The notes: generated by a model from the sequence alone, not told the origin. A stretch of 64,000 nucleotides of DNA from Ilumatobacteraceae bacterium (GCA_963710625.1 CAVQBG010000024.1:52422-116421), one strand, 5' to 3'. Counted from the first letter of the stretch, positions 1 through 10,639 are shown. Numbers and translations are program-made.

Positions 1-3000
1 GTGGTTGCTGCTCGACGTTCGTACCATCGGATCGACGATGCGGTCCGACGGTTGATGGACACCGAAGTCTTCAACGACGACGCGCTGTTCGACCGCATCG
101 AGTACGTCGACTTCTACCGGTACGTCGATGTCGACCTCACCGAGATGCTCCGCTTCCTCGACGAGGAAGCGCCATGGGTGCGACCATCCGACACCGGACG
201 CTCGACGAACTGTCGGATCAATGCGGCCGGCATCCAGACGCACCTGCTCGAGCAGGGGTACCACAACTACGCCGAGCCCTACGCATGGGACGTGCGCCTG
301 GGTCACAAGCAGCGCGAGCAGGCGCTCGCCGAGCTCGACGACCGCGACGACGAGGACGAGGTCGCGGCAATGCTCGCGGAGATCGGGTACACGCCGCGAA
401 CCCGCGAGATCCTCGCCGCCTGGATCGAGGTCGGCGACGATGCGACGGCGCCGAGCCCGGCGGAGTTGCGTGTACACCTCCAGGGACTCCTACCCGCCCA
501 CGCAGTGCCCGCGGCGTTCGTGATCGTCGAGGAACTTCCGTTGACCACGAACGGCAAGCTCGATGTGGCGGCACTTCCTGCGCCGAGGCGCACACATCGG
601 TCGAGCCCGACGCTGGTCGTCGCTCCGACGTCCGAGCTCGAGCGCAGGATCGTCGAGCTCTGGGAACGTCACCTCGGTATCGACACGATCTCCGTCGACG
701 ACGACTTCTTCGCGCTCGGTGGCGACTCGCTCGCCGCGCTCGAGATGACGATGATGTTGAGCGACGCTCTCGGCCGAGACGTCTCCGAGGAGATCGTCTT
801 CTCGAACACCACGCCCAGCGCACTGGCAGCCGCGCTCGATGGACACCACGCGGCCGACCACGGGTTCGATGGTCTCGGCGCCGGCGTTGCGGTCGGGACG
901 GGTCCCGAGCCCAGCACAGGTGGTGACCCACCGCGGCTGTCCGCGGGTGAACGCTCGATGCTGTTCGAGCACCGGATGCGACCCGACGACCCTCGATACA
1001 ACCAGGGTCGCCTGTATGTCCTCGATGGGCTGATCGACCCCGAGCGGTTCCGTGCTGCGCTCGCCGACGTCATCGCCCGTCACGAGCCGCTCCACTGGAC
1101 CTTCGACGAACCCCGGAGACGGCTCACGGTCGACGACGCACTGGCCTTCACCGCCGGGGTGCTCGCCACGCAGGCAGACGTCCGCGAGGCCGCGACCGTG
1201 ATCCATCGCACGCCCTTCGAACTCGCGAGCGGCCCCCTCGTCCGTTGCGGGCTCTTCGAGGTCGACGGGACCACGGCCATCGTGCTCGCGACCCACCACA
1301 TCTCGACCGACGCCGGCTCGTTCGATCGGCTGTGGAAGGAGGCCGTCACCGCCTATCGAGGCGAGGAGCTGCCTCCGCTGCCGAGCTCGTATTCGGACCA
1401 CGCCACCTGGCAGGCGAACCGACTGGCCGCCTCGAACGACGACTACTGGCTGGCATCGATCGGCGCCGTCCCGCGGATGCAATTGCACCGTCCGTTCACG
1501 CCTGCACCGGACGGACTTCGCGACCGCGTGGCCGAGATCACCACGACCGAGTTCCGATCTGCGACCGGCACGTCGCCGTTCGCCACCGTGCTGGCCGCAC
1601 TCGCCACGGTCATGCGTCGCTACTGCGGTGCCGACGAGATCACGCTCGGCGCGCTGGTCTCGACTCGCGACCACGCGAGCGCGGAGAACCTCGTCGGCTA
1701 CTACCTCAACACCCTGCCACTGACCTTCCGTGTCGATCCGGGCGGACATCTCGCAGACCTGCGAACCCAGAGCGCGGAGACCCTGGCATCGGGACTTGCG
1801 CACCGTGTGGTGCCGTTCGCCGACATGGTGACGGGGCGGCGCAGGGCCGAGCTGCCCGAGCCCGCTCCGCAGGTGTTGGTGGCCCTGCAGGAGCTCGACG
1901 AGGTCAGCTGCGGAAGCCTCCACGGCACGCAGGAGATCCTGTTCACCGGAACGGCGGTCGCAGACGCAACCTTCTTCGTGCAGCAGCGGGGCGGAAACGT
2001 CGTGCTCGCCATCGAGCACCGCGGTTCCGAGCTCAGCGCGGAAATCGCCGACCGGCTCCTCGCCGATCTCGACACTGCGCTCACCGCGCTCGTGCGGCGC
2101 CCGGACGCGGTGGTCGGATCGATCACGTTGGACTCGCAGCACGCTGGCCGCCTCGTGGGCTCGACTCCAGCCGCTGCACCGCACGTGATGGCCCAGATCA
2201 CACGGGTCATGGGCGATCAGCCCCACGACGTCGCGATCCGGTGCGGCGACCGCTCTCTGACCTGGCAAGCGCTCGACCATGCATCGACGATGCTCGCTCA
2301 TCGCCTGGTGGCAGTTGGTGTGCGGCCGTCCGATCGCGTCGTCGTCACGCTTCCCCGATCGGTCGAACTCGTGGTCGCCATCGTCGCGGTGCTGCGCGCC
2401 GGCGCTGCCTACGTGCCCCTGGACCCGACGTATCCCACCGCCCGGAACCGCTCGATCGCACTCGCGTCGGACGCTCGGGCCGTGATCGGCGAGTTGGACG
2501 TCGACGGGTTCCAGGGCAACGGCGTCGTCGTCGATCTCGACGACCTGAGCACCGCGCAACCGGACGAGCATGGTGAGCTCCCTCCACCCGACATCGACGG
2601 TCCGGCGTACACGATCTTCACCTCCGGCTCCACCGGCGAACCGCGCGGCGTGACCGTCGGCCACCGGGAGCTCGCGATCAGCACCGCAGCGCGCTCCACG
2701 GTGTACGGCGCGAAACCCGAACGGTTCCTCGTGGTCTCGAGCGCTTCGTTCGACAGCTCGGTCGCCGGTCTGTTCTGGACGCTGACGGCGGGCGGCACGG
2801 TCGTCCTGCCGACCGACGCCGAAGTGCACGACGCCGATGCGCTCATCGACCTGTTCGCGTCAGCCGACATCACCCACACCCTGATGGTGCCGTCGCTCTA
2901 CCGGGGACTGCTCGGCCGGGCAGCGGCCGACGCCGCGTGGCCCGACCAGGTGATCGTGGCAGGAGAGGCGTGCGGACCGGACGTGCTTGCCAGCCACCTC

Positions 3001-4824
3001 GCCACGCGCCCGGGGTCGAAGCTCTCGAACGAGTACGGCCCCACCGAGGCAACGGTCTGGGCGACCGTCAGTCATCTCGACTCGGCGACACCAGGTGTGC
3101 CGATCGGTGATCCGATCCCTGGCGTGTGGACCGCCGTGGTGGACGATCGGGGAGAGCTGTGCCCCGCCGGAGTGATCGGCGAACTGCTGATCGGGGGGGA
3201 GACCGTCACCCGGGGCTACGACGGCGTCGATTCCGACCGATTCGGTGGTGCGAGCCCGCTGGGCGCAGGACGTACGTTCCTCACGGGCGACCGAGCGGCA
3301 GTGGCCGCGGGTCAGCTGTACTTCCACGGTCGGGTCGACGACCAGCTCAACGCCGGCGGGCTCCGGATCGAGCCCACCGAGATCGAGATCGCGCTCAAAG
3401 CGGTGAGCGGCGTCGAGGAGGCGATCGTGGTGGCCCGTGATCTCCGACCGCTCGACGCCCGTCTGGCGTCGACCGAGTCGGCCCGGCTCGCCGACGCGAT
3501 GCGGCGCGCAGCAGGCTCCGACGACCCGCTCGCCTCACTCGACGACGAGTTGGCCGACGATGCCCACCGCTCCCTCGTCGCTCACCTCGAGGGCGACCTC
3601 ACGGCCGTCGACCTCGACGCGCTCGACGCACATCTTTCGGCAACGTTGCCACCGACCGCCACGCCTCGCGTGATCCGGATCCACGAGCGCCTACCGAGGT
3701 CGCCCAACGGAAAACTCGACCGTGCAGCGATCACCATGCTGCCGGTCACCGCATCGAGCCGGCAGTCGCCCGTCGTCCCCGGCTCGATCGGAGAGCTCGA
3801 CGAGATCGTCGGGTTCTTCCGAGACGTCCTCGATCGAAACGATGTCGGACCGGACGACGACTTCTTCGATGCCGGCGGCGAATCGCTGCTCGCGCTCGAG
3901 TTGTTCATGCGGATCGAACAGCGCTTCGGCATCCGCCCGCGCGTCTCGGTGCTGTTCGAAGCTCGCACCCCGCGGGAGCTGACGGCCGCCCTCGGTTTCG
4001 GGGGTCTCGAACAGCGTGATGGCGCGCTGGTCCTCCGGGACGGCGGCGGCGAATCACCGCCGCTGTGGATCTGGCCGGGATCGGATGGGGCGCTCCTCAT
4101 CTTCGAACGACTCGTCGACCGGCTCGACCCTGGGCTCCGGGTGCTGGGCGTCGAGTACCCGGGGACCCGAGGCGAACGGGCGCCGTTCGACACGATCGAG
4201 GACCTCGGTCGGTACTGCCACGAAGCACTGGTCGCGGCCCAGCCGTCGGGCCCGTACCGAATGCTCGGCTACAGCACCGGAGGGCTGGTCGCCGTCGATG
4301 TTGCCCGCCGACTGCTCGAGACCGGCGAGGACGTCGACTACCTCGGCGTCATCGAAGCCGGGGTGGCAGGAGTGGCCGACCCTCGCGGCCGGGCGGCCAA
4401 GTTCGTGGACGCATGGCGGACCCGCGGTCCGCGCTTCGCCGCGGCACGACTGCGCAGCTCCACCCAGGTCCTGACCGACGAGGTGACGAAGACGATCCGG
4501 CGCTCGCTCGAAGACCTCGCGGTCGACCGGTTCGGCATCCGGCCATCCGACCGGAGGTTGTTCCTCGGTATGGAACACCACTTTCGCGCTGCGAGTCTGA
4601 GCTACCGGCCACCGACGATCGATGCCGACATCGACCTCTATCTCGGCGACGACGCCTCCGCACACTGGATCACCGCGATGACTCATGCCTGGGAATCCGT
4701 CGCAGGAGGTCGGCTCCGTGTCGTCCAGGTCGATGGTTCTCACATCCGCAACACGATGCTCCTGCCACCGCACGTCGACTCCCTCGCTGCGTCGGTCGCC
4801 GCCGACCTCGTGGACGATCGATGA
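1..4824 (+). CDS. Non-ribosomal peptide synthetase, 5'-truncated at window edge. Visible order: A-domain C-terminal part with a foreign insert, then T-C-A-T-TE
   Basis: Motifs in the ORF: LPLTTNGKLD (A10), FFALGGDSLAALE (T), HHISTDAGSF (C, HHxxxDG), YTIFTSGSTGEPRGV / NEYGPTEAT / GELLIGG / RVDDQLNAGGLRIEPTEIE / PRSPNGKLDR (A), FFDAGGESLLALE (T), GYSTGG (TE, GxSxG). Confidence 0.9.
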   Translation: MVAARRSYHRIDDAVRRLMDTEVFNDDALFDRIEYVDFYRYVDVDLTEMLRFLDEEAPWVRPSDTGRSTNCRINAAGIQTHLLEQGYHNYAEPYAWDVRLGHKQREQALAELDDRDDEDEVAAMLAEIGYTPRTREILAAWIEVGDDATAPSPAELRVHLQGLLPAHAVPAAFVIVEELPLTTNGKLDVAALPAPRRTHRSSPTLVVAPTSELERRIVELWERHLGIDTISVDDDFFALGGDSLAALEMTMMLSDALGRDVSEEIVFSNTTPSALAAALDGHHAADHGFDGLGAGVAVGTGPEPSTGGDPPRLSAGERSMLFEHRMRPDDPRYNQGRLYVLDGLIDPERFRAALADVIARHEPLHWTFDEPRRRLTVDDALAFTAGVLATQADVREAATVIHRTPFELASGPLVRCGLFEVDGTTAIVLATHHISTDAGSFDRLWKEAVTAYRGEELPPLPSSYSDHATWQANRLAASNDDYWLASIGAVPRMQLHRPFTPAPDGLRDRVAEITTTEFRSATGTSPFATVLAALATVMRRYCGADEITLGALVSTRDHASAENLVGYYLNTLPLTFRVDPGGHLADLRTQSAETLASGLAHRVVPFADMVTGRRRAELPEPAPQVLVALQELDEVSCGSLHGTQEILFTGTAVADATFFVQQRGGNVVLAIEHRGSELSAEIADRLLADLDTALTALVRRPDAVVGSITLDSQHAGRLVGSTPAAAPHVMAQITRVMGDQPHDVAIRCGDRSLTWQALDHASTMLAHRLVAVGVRPSDRVVVTLPRSVELVVAIVAVLRAGAAYVPLDPTYPTARNRSIALASDARAVIGELDVDGFQGNGVVVDLDDLSTAQPDEHGELPPPDIDGPAYTIFTSGSTGEPRGVTVGHRELAISTAARSTVYGAKPERFLVVSSASFDSSVAGLFWTLTAGGTVVLPTDAEVHDADALIDLFASADITHTLMVPSLYRGLLGRAAADAAWPDQVIVAGEACGPDVLASHLATRPGSKLSNEYGPTEATVWATVSHLDSATPGVPIGDPIPGVWTAVVDDRGELCPAGVIGELLIGGETVTRGYDGVDSDRFGGASPLGAGRTFLTGDRAAVAAGQLYFHGRVDDQLNAGGLRIEPTEIEIALKAVSGVEEAIVVARDLRPLDARLASTESARLADAMRRAAGSDDPLASLDDELADDAHRSLVAHLEGDLTAVDLDALDAHLSATLPPTATPRVIRIHERLPRSPNGKLDRAAITMLPVTASSRQSPVVPGSIGELDEIVGFFRDVLDRNDVGPDDDFFDAGGESLLALELFMRIEQRFGIRPRVSVLFEARTPRELTAALGFGGLEQRDGALVLRDGGGESPPLWIWPGSDGALLIFERLVDRLDPGLRVLGVEYPGTRGERAPFDTIEDLGRYCHEALVAAQPSGPYRMLGYSTGGLVAVDVARRLLETGEDVDYLGVIEAGVAGVADPRGRAAKFVDAWRTRGPRFAAARLRSSTQVLTDEVTKTIRRSLEDLAVDRFGIRPSDRRLFLGMEHHFRAASLSYRPPTIDADIDLYLGDDASAHWITAMTHAWESVAGGRLRVVQVDGSHIRNTMLLPPHVDSLAASVAADLVDDR

Positions 4825-5750
4825 CGCAGGGCGCCGACATCAGTGTGGTGATCCCGACGTTCAATCGGTCCCGGTCGTTGGCGCGACTGCTCGACGCGCT
4901 GGCAGACGAGGCCACCGCTGGGTGCACGGCCGAAGTGATCGTGGTCGACGACGGTTCGACCGACGACACCGAACAGGTCGTGCGACAGTGCGCGCTCGCG
5001 GTGACCTATCTCCGCCAGGCCGGGGCAGGCCCGGCGGCGGCCCGCAACACGGGCTGGCGGGCGAGCTCCGCGCCCGTCGTCGCCTTCATCGACGACGACT
5101 GCGTCCCCCGACCGGGGTGGCTCACCGACCATCTCGCAGCGTTCGAAGATCCGTGTGTCGGAGGTGTCGGTGGAACCATCGAGCCGCTCGTCGACGGATT
5201 CATCGCCGACTTCATCACCGCCGATGGCCTGGTCGATCACGGCCGTCCGCCGGGACGGGGCGCCGACGCCGATCCGACGTACCTGGTCACCGCGAATGCT
5301 GCGTTCCGCCGGGCGGCGCTCGAGGCGGCAGATGGCTTCGAGGAGGACTACCGGCTGGACCGCCCGGATCGGACCGGCCGGATCGTGGCCGGGGAGGACG
5401 TCGACCTGTGCTGGCGGATCGTCGAGGCGGGCTGGGCACTGAAACGATCGCCGGGCGCGATCGTCGCACACGACCATCGGGTCGCCCTCGACGCCCTGAT
5501 GCGGACGTACTTCCGTCACGGACGGGCGCGTCGTGAACTCGGCCGGCGACATCATGGTCGTGGAGCGGCCGATGGGATGCGACGGGCGACGTCGACGCGT
5601 CACTGGATCGACCGAGTCCGGCGATATCGAAACCGCGGTGAGCGATCCTGGGGCCGCGTCGCCGGGTTCGTTCTCCTGCGGCTGGGCGCGCTGATCGCCT
5701 ACGGGGGCGGTGTGCTCCGGTCGTTCAGCGACGATCGGTCAGCCCGCTGA
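4821..5750 (+). CDS. Family 2 glycosyltransferase
   Basis: ISVVIPTFNRS...VIVVDDGSTDDT...AFIDDDCVP. The ATG overlaps the NRPS stop (ATGA), so the two are translationally coupled. Confidence 0.85.
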   Translation: MTQGADISVVIPTFNRSRSLARLLDALADEATAGCTAEVIVVDDGSTDDTEQVVRQCALAVTYLRQAGAGPAAARNTGWRASSAPVVAFIDDDCVPRPGWLTDHLAAFEDPCVGGVGGTIEPLVDGFIADFITADGLVDHGRPPGRGADADPTYLVTANAAFRRAALEAADGFEEDYRLDRPDRTGRIVAGEDVDLCWRIVEAGWALKRSPGAIVAHDHRVALDALMRTYFRHGRARRELGRRHHGRGAADGMRRATSTRHWIDRVRRYRNRGERSWGRVAGFVLLRLGALIAYGGGVLRSFSDDRSAR

Positions 5751-6651
5751 GGCCGACGAGGAATCCGGCGCCCCACGGCAGGTGCATCGCCGGCAGCACC
5801 GGTGCCACCAACAGGCCGCTCGGACCGGCGGACGCCGCCTGACGCGCGGTCTCCGCCGCCAGAATGGCGAGGTAGGTTGACAACACGTGACGCCGCCACG
5901 GCGAGCACAACCCGAGCACGAGCAGCGGACCCGCGAGTTGGCGTGGAGCGAGCGACGAGGGGTGGCGCCGCACGGTCGCCGCTCGCGAGCTCCCGTACCT
6001 CCAGAACTGGGTGGCCACGGCTCGCAGCGTCCGGCGCGGCACATACGTGCTCCTGATCGAAGGGTCGAACCACACCCCTCCGCGGCGCGCCATGCGAACG
6101 GCGAACTCCGCGTCTTCGTTCACCCCCACGTCGGTTGCGTAGCCGCCGACGGCGACGGCGTCGGCGGTGCGATAGGCCCCCAGGTAGACGGTGTCGACCC
6201 AGCCTGGCGCTCCTCCGCTGTGGAAACGCGCGGGTCCGGCGCCCAGCGGCGAGGCCATCGCGAGGGCGATCGCGGCCGGCAGACCGCTCGCCGCCACCGG
6301 TGACATCGCGCCACCCACCATCGCAGCACCGGTACGGTCGAGTGCCTCCACACACCGCTCGACGTAGTCGACCGCGATCGTGCAATGCCCGTCGACCCGA
6401 ACGATCACCTCGCCGACGGCCTCTGCGATCCCCACGTTGAGCCCGGACGCCTGCACCCGGTTCGGGTTGTCGAGCACCGTCGCACCACCGACCGCCGCAA
6501 GCTCTCGTGTGCGGTCATCGGACCGACCGTCGACGACCAGCACCTCGATCACATTCGGATACGTCTGCTCTCGGACCGCCGACAGGGTCTGCTCGATGTG
6601 TGCTTCTTCCCGGTAGGTGGGGATGACGACGGTGACCGTCGGCCCACTCAC
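5725..6651 (-). CDS. Family 2 glycosyltransferase
   Basis: VTVVIPTYREEAHIEQTL...VLVVDGRSDDRT. The GTG start overlaps the upstream stop (GTGA). Confidence 0.85.
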   Translation of the reverse strand: MSGPTVTVVIPTYREEAHIEQTLSAVREQTYPNVIEVLVVDGRSDDRTRELAAVGGATVLDNPNRVQASGLNVGIAEAVGEVIVRVDGHCTIAVDYVERCVEALDRTGAAMVGGAMSPVAASGLPAAIALAMASPLGAGPARFHSGGAPGWVDTVYLGAYRTADAVAVGGYATDVGVNEDAEFAVRMARRGGVWFDPSIRSTYVPRRTLRAVATQFWRYGSSRAATVRRHPSSLAPRQLAGPLLVLGLCSPWRRHVLSTYLAILAAETARQAASAGPSGLLVAPVLPAMHLPWGAGFLVGLSGLTDRR

Positions 6652-7967
6652 CGGCCCCCACTCCCGACGATCGTGCGAATCGTCCGGCCGGCGATCACGA
6701 GGTCGAACCGGAGGCTCTGGTGCCCCAGATAGTAGAAGTCGTACTGCAGCTTCTCCCGTGCGTCGGTCTCGTCACCTGCATAGCCGTACTTGACCTGTGC
6801 CCAACCGGTGAGACCGGGCCGAACCGAGTGACGCAGCTCGTAGAACGGGAGCTTCGTCGTCAACTCCGCGACATAGCGAGGTTGTTCCGGCCGCGGGCCC
6901 ACGATCGAGAGATCACCCTTGAGGACGTTGATCATCTGCGGCAGTTCATCGAGATGGGATCGGCGAAGCAGGTTCCCGAACGGAGTGATGCGGGGATCGC
7001 CGCGAGTGGTCCAATCCGTGGTCGCGCCACCATCGTCGTCCATCGTGCGGAACTTGTAGATCGTGAACTCGCGGTGGTCGCGCCCGACGCGGGCCTGGCG
7101 ATAGAAGACGGGCCCACGATTCGCGACCAGATCACCCAGCGCAACGAACGGCGTCACGACGGCGAGCACCACGACGCCGACCAGACCCGCAGCGACGTCG
7201 AACACCCGCTTGAACCGCCCGTATCTGGCCACGTGGAGCTCTCCGATGTCGAAGAACAGTGACGTCTGCGCCAGGTCCTCGACGGGGACCTTCCCCAACC
7301 ACTCACCGGAGAACGACGGCCGGGTGCGTATGCGAACACCGGTCAGGTGCAGGATGGCTGCCTGATCGATGATTCGTTCGTCGAGCAGCGCATCTGGTTC
7401 GAAGACGACGACGGTCGCCCCGCAACGGTCGGCCGCATCGACCAGCGGCGTGCCCTCGACGGCCGCAACGAGGTCCTCGAGCGCCACCGAACCGACGATC
7501 GATGCCGGTCGCTCGGGTTGGTCGTCGAGCTCGGTTCGCAACGCGGACGCGAGTGACGAGCTGCCGACCACGAGCACCCGATCCCGCGCCTCGAGCCGTG
7601 TCCGGCCGGTCTGCGACAACTTCGAACAGACCATGCACCACGGCACGACGAGCACCGCCGACCCGAAGACGACATATCGCGGAAGCAGCGCCGCGCCGAG
7701 CACCAACTGCGCCAGCGACACACCGACGGCACCGACGGCCGACGCCGAGATCGACGGCACGACGGCCGACTTCACGTCGCGGTAGGAGTCGGGGAGGCCG
7801 AACCCGTACAGCACGATGCTCAGCAGGACCGAGTAACCGATCGCCCATCCGAACCGGGACGTCTCGAAGAACTCGTAGTCCCCCACGTACGTGCCGTGGA
7901 CGACCGACAGCCCGAAGACGATCCCGACGACGCCGGCGTACAGCAGAGCGGTGGCCAGGCGACGCAC
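6648..7967 (-). CDS. Polyprenyl-phosphate glycosylphosphotransferase (WbaP / exopolysaccharide sugar transferase family)
   Basis: N-terminal TM segments. C-terminal FKRVFD...PVFYRQARVGRDHREFTIYKFRTM...DELPQMINVLKGDLSIVGPRP. Confidence 0.85.
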   Translation of the reverse strand: MRRLATALLYAGVVGIVFGLSVVHGTYVGDYEFFETSRFGWAIGYSVLLSIVLYGFGLPDSYRDVKSAVVPSISASAVGAVGVSLAQLVLGAALLPRYVVFGSAVLVVPWCMVCSKLSQTGRTRLEARDRVLVVGSSSLASALRTELDDQPERPASIVGSVALEDLVAAVEGTPLVDAADRCGATVVVFEPDALLDERIIDQAAILHLTGVRIRTRPSFSGEWLGKVPVEDLAQTSLFFDIGELHVARYGRFKRVFDVAAGLVGVVVLAVVTPFVALGDLVANRGPVFYRQARVGRDHREFTIYKFRTMDDDGGATTDWTTRGDPRITPFGNLLRRSHLDELPQMINVLKGDLSIVGPRPEQPRYVAELTTKLPFYELRHSVRPGLTGWAQVKYGYAGDETDAREKLQYDFYYLGHQSLRFDLVIAGRTIRTIVGSGGR

Positions 7968-7970
7968 AGG

Positions 7971-9599
7971 TCAAGCGTAGGTGTGCTCGGTCGGCTGCCG
8001 CCGGTCGAGCTCCGCATCTCGTCGGATGGCCCAGCCGAGCATCCCGGCGAGCACCCCGAATGCGGCGGAGCCGAGCAACCACACCACGTTCGGCGTGACG
8101 GGGATGTCCCACCACCACTCGCGACCGCTGTCGAGATCGATCGAGAGGTTTGCCACGCCGCTGATGTAACGCCGCATGTACGAGTGCAGCGCCACGCTGT
8201 GGGCCACGGTCATCAGACTGAGCACGGTCGTCAGTTGCACGACCGTGAGCCCCGAGACACTCGTTGTGCGCCGCCAGTACAGCGCCGTGAACCCCAGCAC
8301 CGGGACGAGCGGCAGCACGTAGCGCGGCGCGATCTCGAAGCCGACGGGCCACCCGCCGCGCCACAGCAGGAAGTACGGGACGGCCAGCAGCCCACCGAGT
8401 ATGGCGAGCAGCGACAGGGCCTTGCGCCAATCCATGCGCCCGATGCCCAAGAACGCCAGCGCGAAGAACGAGGCGACCGTCGGCATCCACACCGTTCGCG
8501 GCATCGGCGTGTCGAGCCAGCCGATCGGTGCGACACCCAGATTGCCGGTGATGAAGTACGGGATCTCCCGCAGGTTGTTCCACAGCAGATTGCCCCGCGG
8601 CTGAGAACTCACTGCGTCCTGGATGACGAGCGCTTCCACGTCGACCACTCGCCTCGTCAGGACGACGATCGAGACGAGCAGCGCCACGCCGGCGACGGAC
8701 GCCACCGCGAGAAGCCTCGGCATCGAGTCGCGTTTCGGCCGCCAGAGCAAGACGCATGCCGCGATGACTGCGATGAACGCATAGAGGCCGCCGTCGGCGC
8801 GGCTCCCCGCGGCCGCCGTGAGACCCAGGACCAACAACGCACCGGCAACGACCGTCTCGCGCCGTGCGCGGGCGTGCAGTAGCGCGACCACCGCACACCA
8901 GGACGCGCCGATCGCAGCAACGACCACACCGCTCGGATTCGTCGAGGGCCACAGGGAAATCGCCCGAGGGACCGCAGTGACCAGCAACATGATCAGGTAG
9001 CCCGCGCGATGGCGGTGAGGAAGAACGAACCAGCCAGCAGCCAGCAGCCCGACGCACAGCGTCCACGACGTGAAACGGGCGAGCAGCGCCGAGTTGACGG
9101 GCTCATCGCCCACCGTCAAGCCCATCACCGCGTGGAAGAGCCCCGGGTAGATCCCGTCATTGGCGATCGTCCGCACCCTGGTCCCGGGTTCGATCGCCCC
9201 CTGACAGGCGGCCGACCGATACGCATCGAAGGCGTAGCAGTGCGCACCGGGCCCGATCTCGGCAGGCACCTCGACGAAGTCCTTGCCCGCGGCGTAGGCA
9301 TCGCCCAGGTTCGTGCAAGCGTCGTCCGGCGCGGTCGGACTGCACCAGATGCTCGCGAGGTGGAAGCCGTCGTCCGGGGCGGCGCCGATCGGCGCCGCCA
9401 ACGTCCACATCGCCCCCAACACGACCAAGGCGAGAACGACCGCAACGACCGTCCAGGTCCGACGGCCCCCAGCCGGTTCGGTGTGCACCGGCGCAGTGTC
9501 CGGCTCGTCGACCGCCGCCTCGACGTCCGACCGGTCCACCTCGGTCTCCTCGAGGCCGGCGCCGACGGGATCGGGCAATGGATCAGCGCCCGAGACCAT
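7971..9599 (-). CDS. Polytopic membrane protein (DUF2142-like, possible GT-C type glycosyltransferase)
   Basis: Multiple hydrophobic helices and GFHLASIWCS near the N-terminus. First gene of the minus-strand glycan operon. Family name is from memory. Confidence 0.6.
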   Translation of the reverse strand: MVSGADPLPDPVGAGLEETEVDRSDVEAAVDEPDTAPVHTEPAGGRRTWTVVAVVLALVVLGAMWTLAAPIGAAPDDGFHLASIWCSPTAPDDACTNLGDAYAAGKDFVEVPAEIGPGAHCYAFDAYRSAACQGAIEPGTRVRTIANDGIYPGLFHAVMGLTVGDEPVNSALLARFTSWTLCVGLLAAGWFVLPHRHRAGYLIMLLVTAVPRAISLWPSTNPSGVVVAAIGASWCAVVALLHARARRETVVAGALLVLGLTAAAGSRADGGLYAFIAVIAACVLLWRPKRDSMPRLLAVASVAGVALLVSIVVLTRRVVDVEALVIQDAVSSQPRGNLLWNNLREIPYFITGNLGVAPIGWLDTPMPRTVWMPTVASFFALAFLGIGRMDWRKALSLLAILGGLLAVPYFLLWRGGWPVGFEIAPRYVLPLVPVLGFTALYWRRTTSVSGLTVVQLTTVLSLMTVAHSVALHSYMRRYISGVANLSIDLDSGREWWWDIPVTPNVVWLLGSAAFGVLAGMLGWAIRRDAELDRRQPTEHTYA

Positions 9600-9658
9600 C
9601 GGACGAGTGTAGGTGCGCGACTACCCGCACCAGAGAGCGGTGCTGGCAGAATGTGCGG

Positions 9659-10639
9659 GTGAGCACGTTGGAGCGGTCGTCGATCCTGATCACGGGCGGT
9701 ACCGGCTCGTTCGGCAAGGCGTTCACCCGGTGGGCGCTCGACCACCTCGATCCGGCCCGGCTCGTCGTGTTCTCCCGCGACGAGCTCAAGCAGTACGAGA
9801 TGCGCCAACAGCTCGGAGACGACCCCCGCGTTCGCTGGTTCATCGGTGACGTGCGTGATCGCGGGCGGCTCACTCGGGCGCTCGACGGGGTGGAGTTCGT
9901 GATCCATGCGGCGGCGCTCAAGCAGGTCGACACGGCCGAATACAACCCGTTCGAGTGCATCGCCACCAACGTCCTCGGCGCGGAGAACGTGATCAACGCA
10001 TCGATCGACGCCGGAGTTCGCCAGGTGATCGCGTTGTCCACCGACAAGGCATCGAGCCCGATCAACCTCTACGGCGCGTCCAAGCTGTGCTCCGACAAGC
10101 TGTTCGTCGCCGGGAACCACTACGCCAGTCACTCGGCGACTCGGTTCGCAGTCGTGCGCTACGGCAACGTGATGGGGAGCCGCGGGTCGGTGATCCCGTA
10201 CTTCCGGCAATTGGCGCCGACCGGTCGTCTCCCGATCACCGACACGCGGATGACGCGCTTCTGGATCACGTTGGACCAGGCGGTCCGCTTCGTGGCCGAC
10301 AGCTTCGAGCGGATGTCCGGTGGCGAGCTGTTCGTCCCGCGGATTCCGTCGACGACCGTGCTCGACCTGGCGCGAGCGATCGCACCCGATGCGGTGCACG
10401 ACGTCGTCGGCATCCGGCCGGGCGAGAAACTGCACGAGGAGATGGTCTCGGTCGACGACGCACGTCGGACGTTCGAGTACGACGACTACTACGCCATCGC
10501 GCCGTTGCTGTCGGGCTGGACCGATCAGGATCCCTTCGCGAACGGCAAACCCGTCCCGGACGAGTTCTCCTACCGATCGGACACCAACGAGCAGTGGCTC
10601 GGGGTCGACGAACTCAGGGCGCTGCTCGCGACCATCTGA
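9659..10639 (+). CDS. pseB: UDP-N-acetylglucosamine 4,6-dehydratase (inverting), PseB
   Basis: ILITGGTGSFGKAF...FSRDELKQYEM...STDKASSPINLYGASK. GTG start chosen at 9659; the ORF is open from 9578. Confidence 0.85.
   Translation: MSTLERSSILITGGTGSFGKAFTRWALDHLDPARLVVFSRDELKQYEMRQQLGDDPRVRWFIGDVRDRGRLTRALDGVEFVIHAAALKQVDTAEYNPFECIATNVLGAENVINASIDAGVRQVIALSTDKASSPINLYGASKLCSDKLFVAGNHYASHSATRFAVVRYGNVMGSRGSVIPYFRQLAPTGRLPITDTRMTRFWITLDQAVRFVADSFERMSGGELFVPRIPSTTVLDLARAIAPDAVHDVVGIRPGEKLHEEMVSVDDARRTFEYDDYYAIAPLLSGWTDQDPFANGKPVPDEFSYRSDTNEQWLGVDELRALLATI

Noticed and set aside
490-2829. 779-aa minus-strand ORF antisense to the NRPS. Similar long antisense or alternate-frame ORFs occur at 19212-21410, 21385-22695, 28071-30191, 31710-34250, 36810-40103, 55470-57866 and 58495-61146.
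   Set aside because: Their Arg/Gly/Pro/Asp-rich, low-complexity composition with no recognisable motifs is typical of open non-coding frames in ~70% GC DNA. In each case the opposite or other frame carries clear family motifs.
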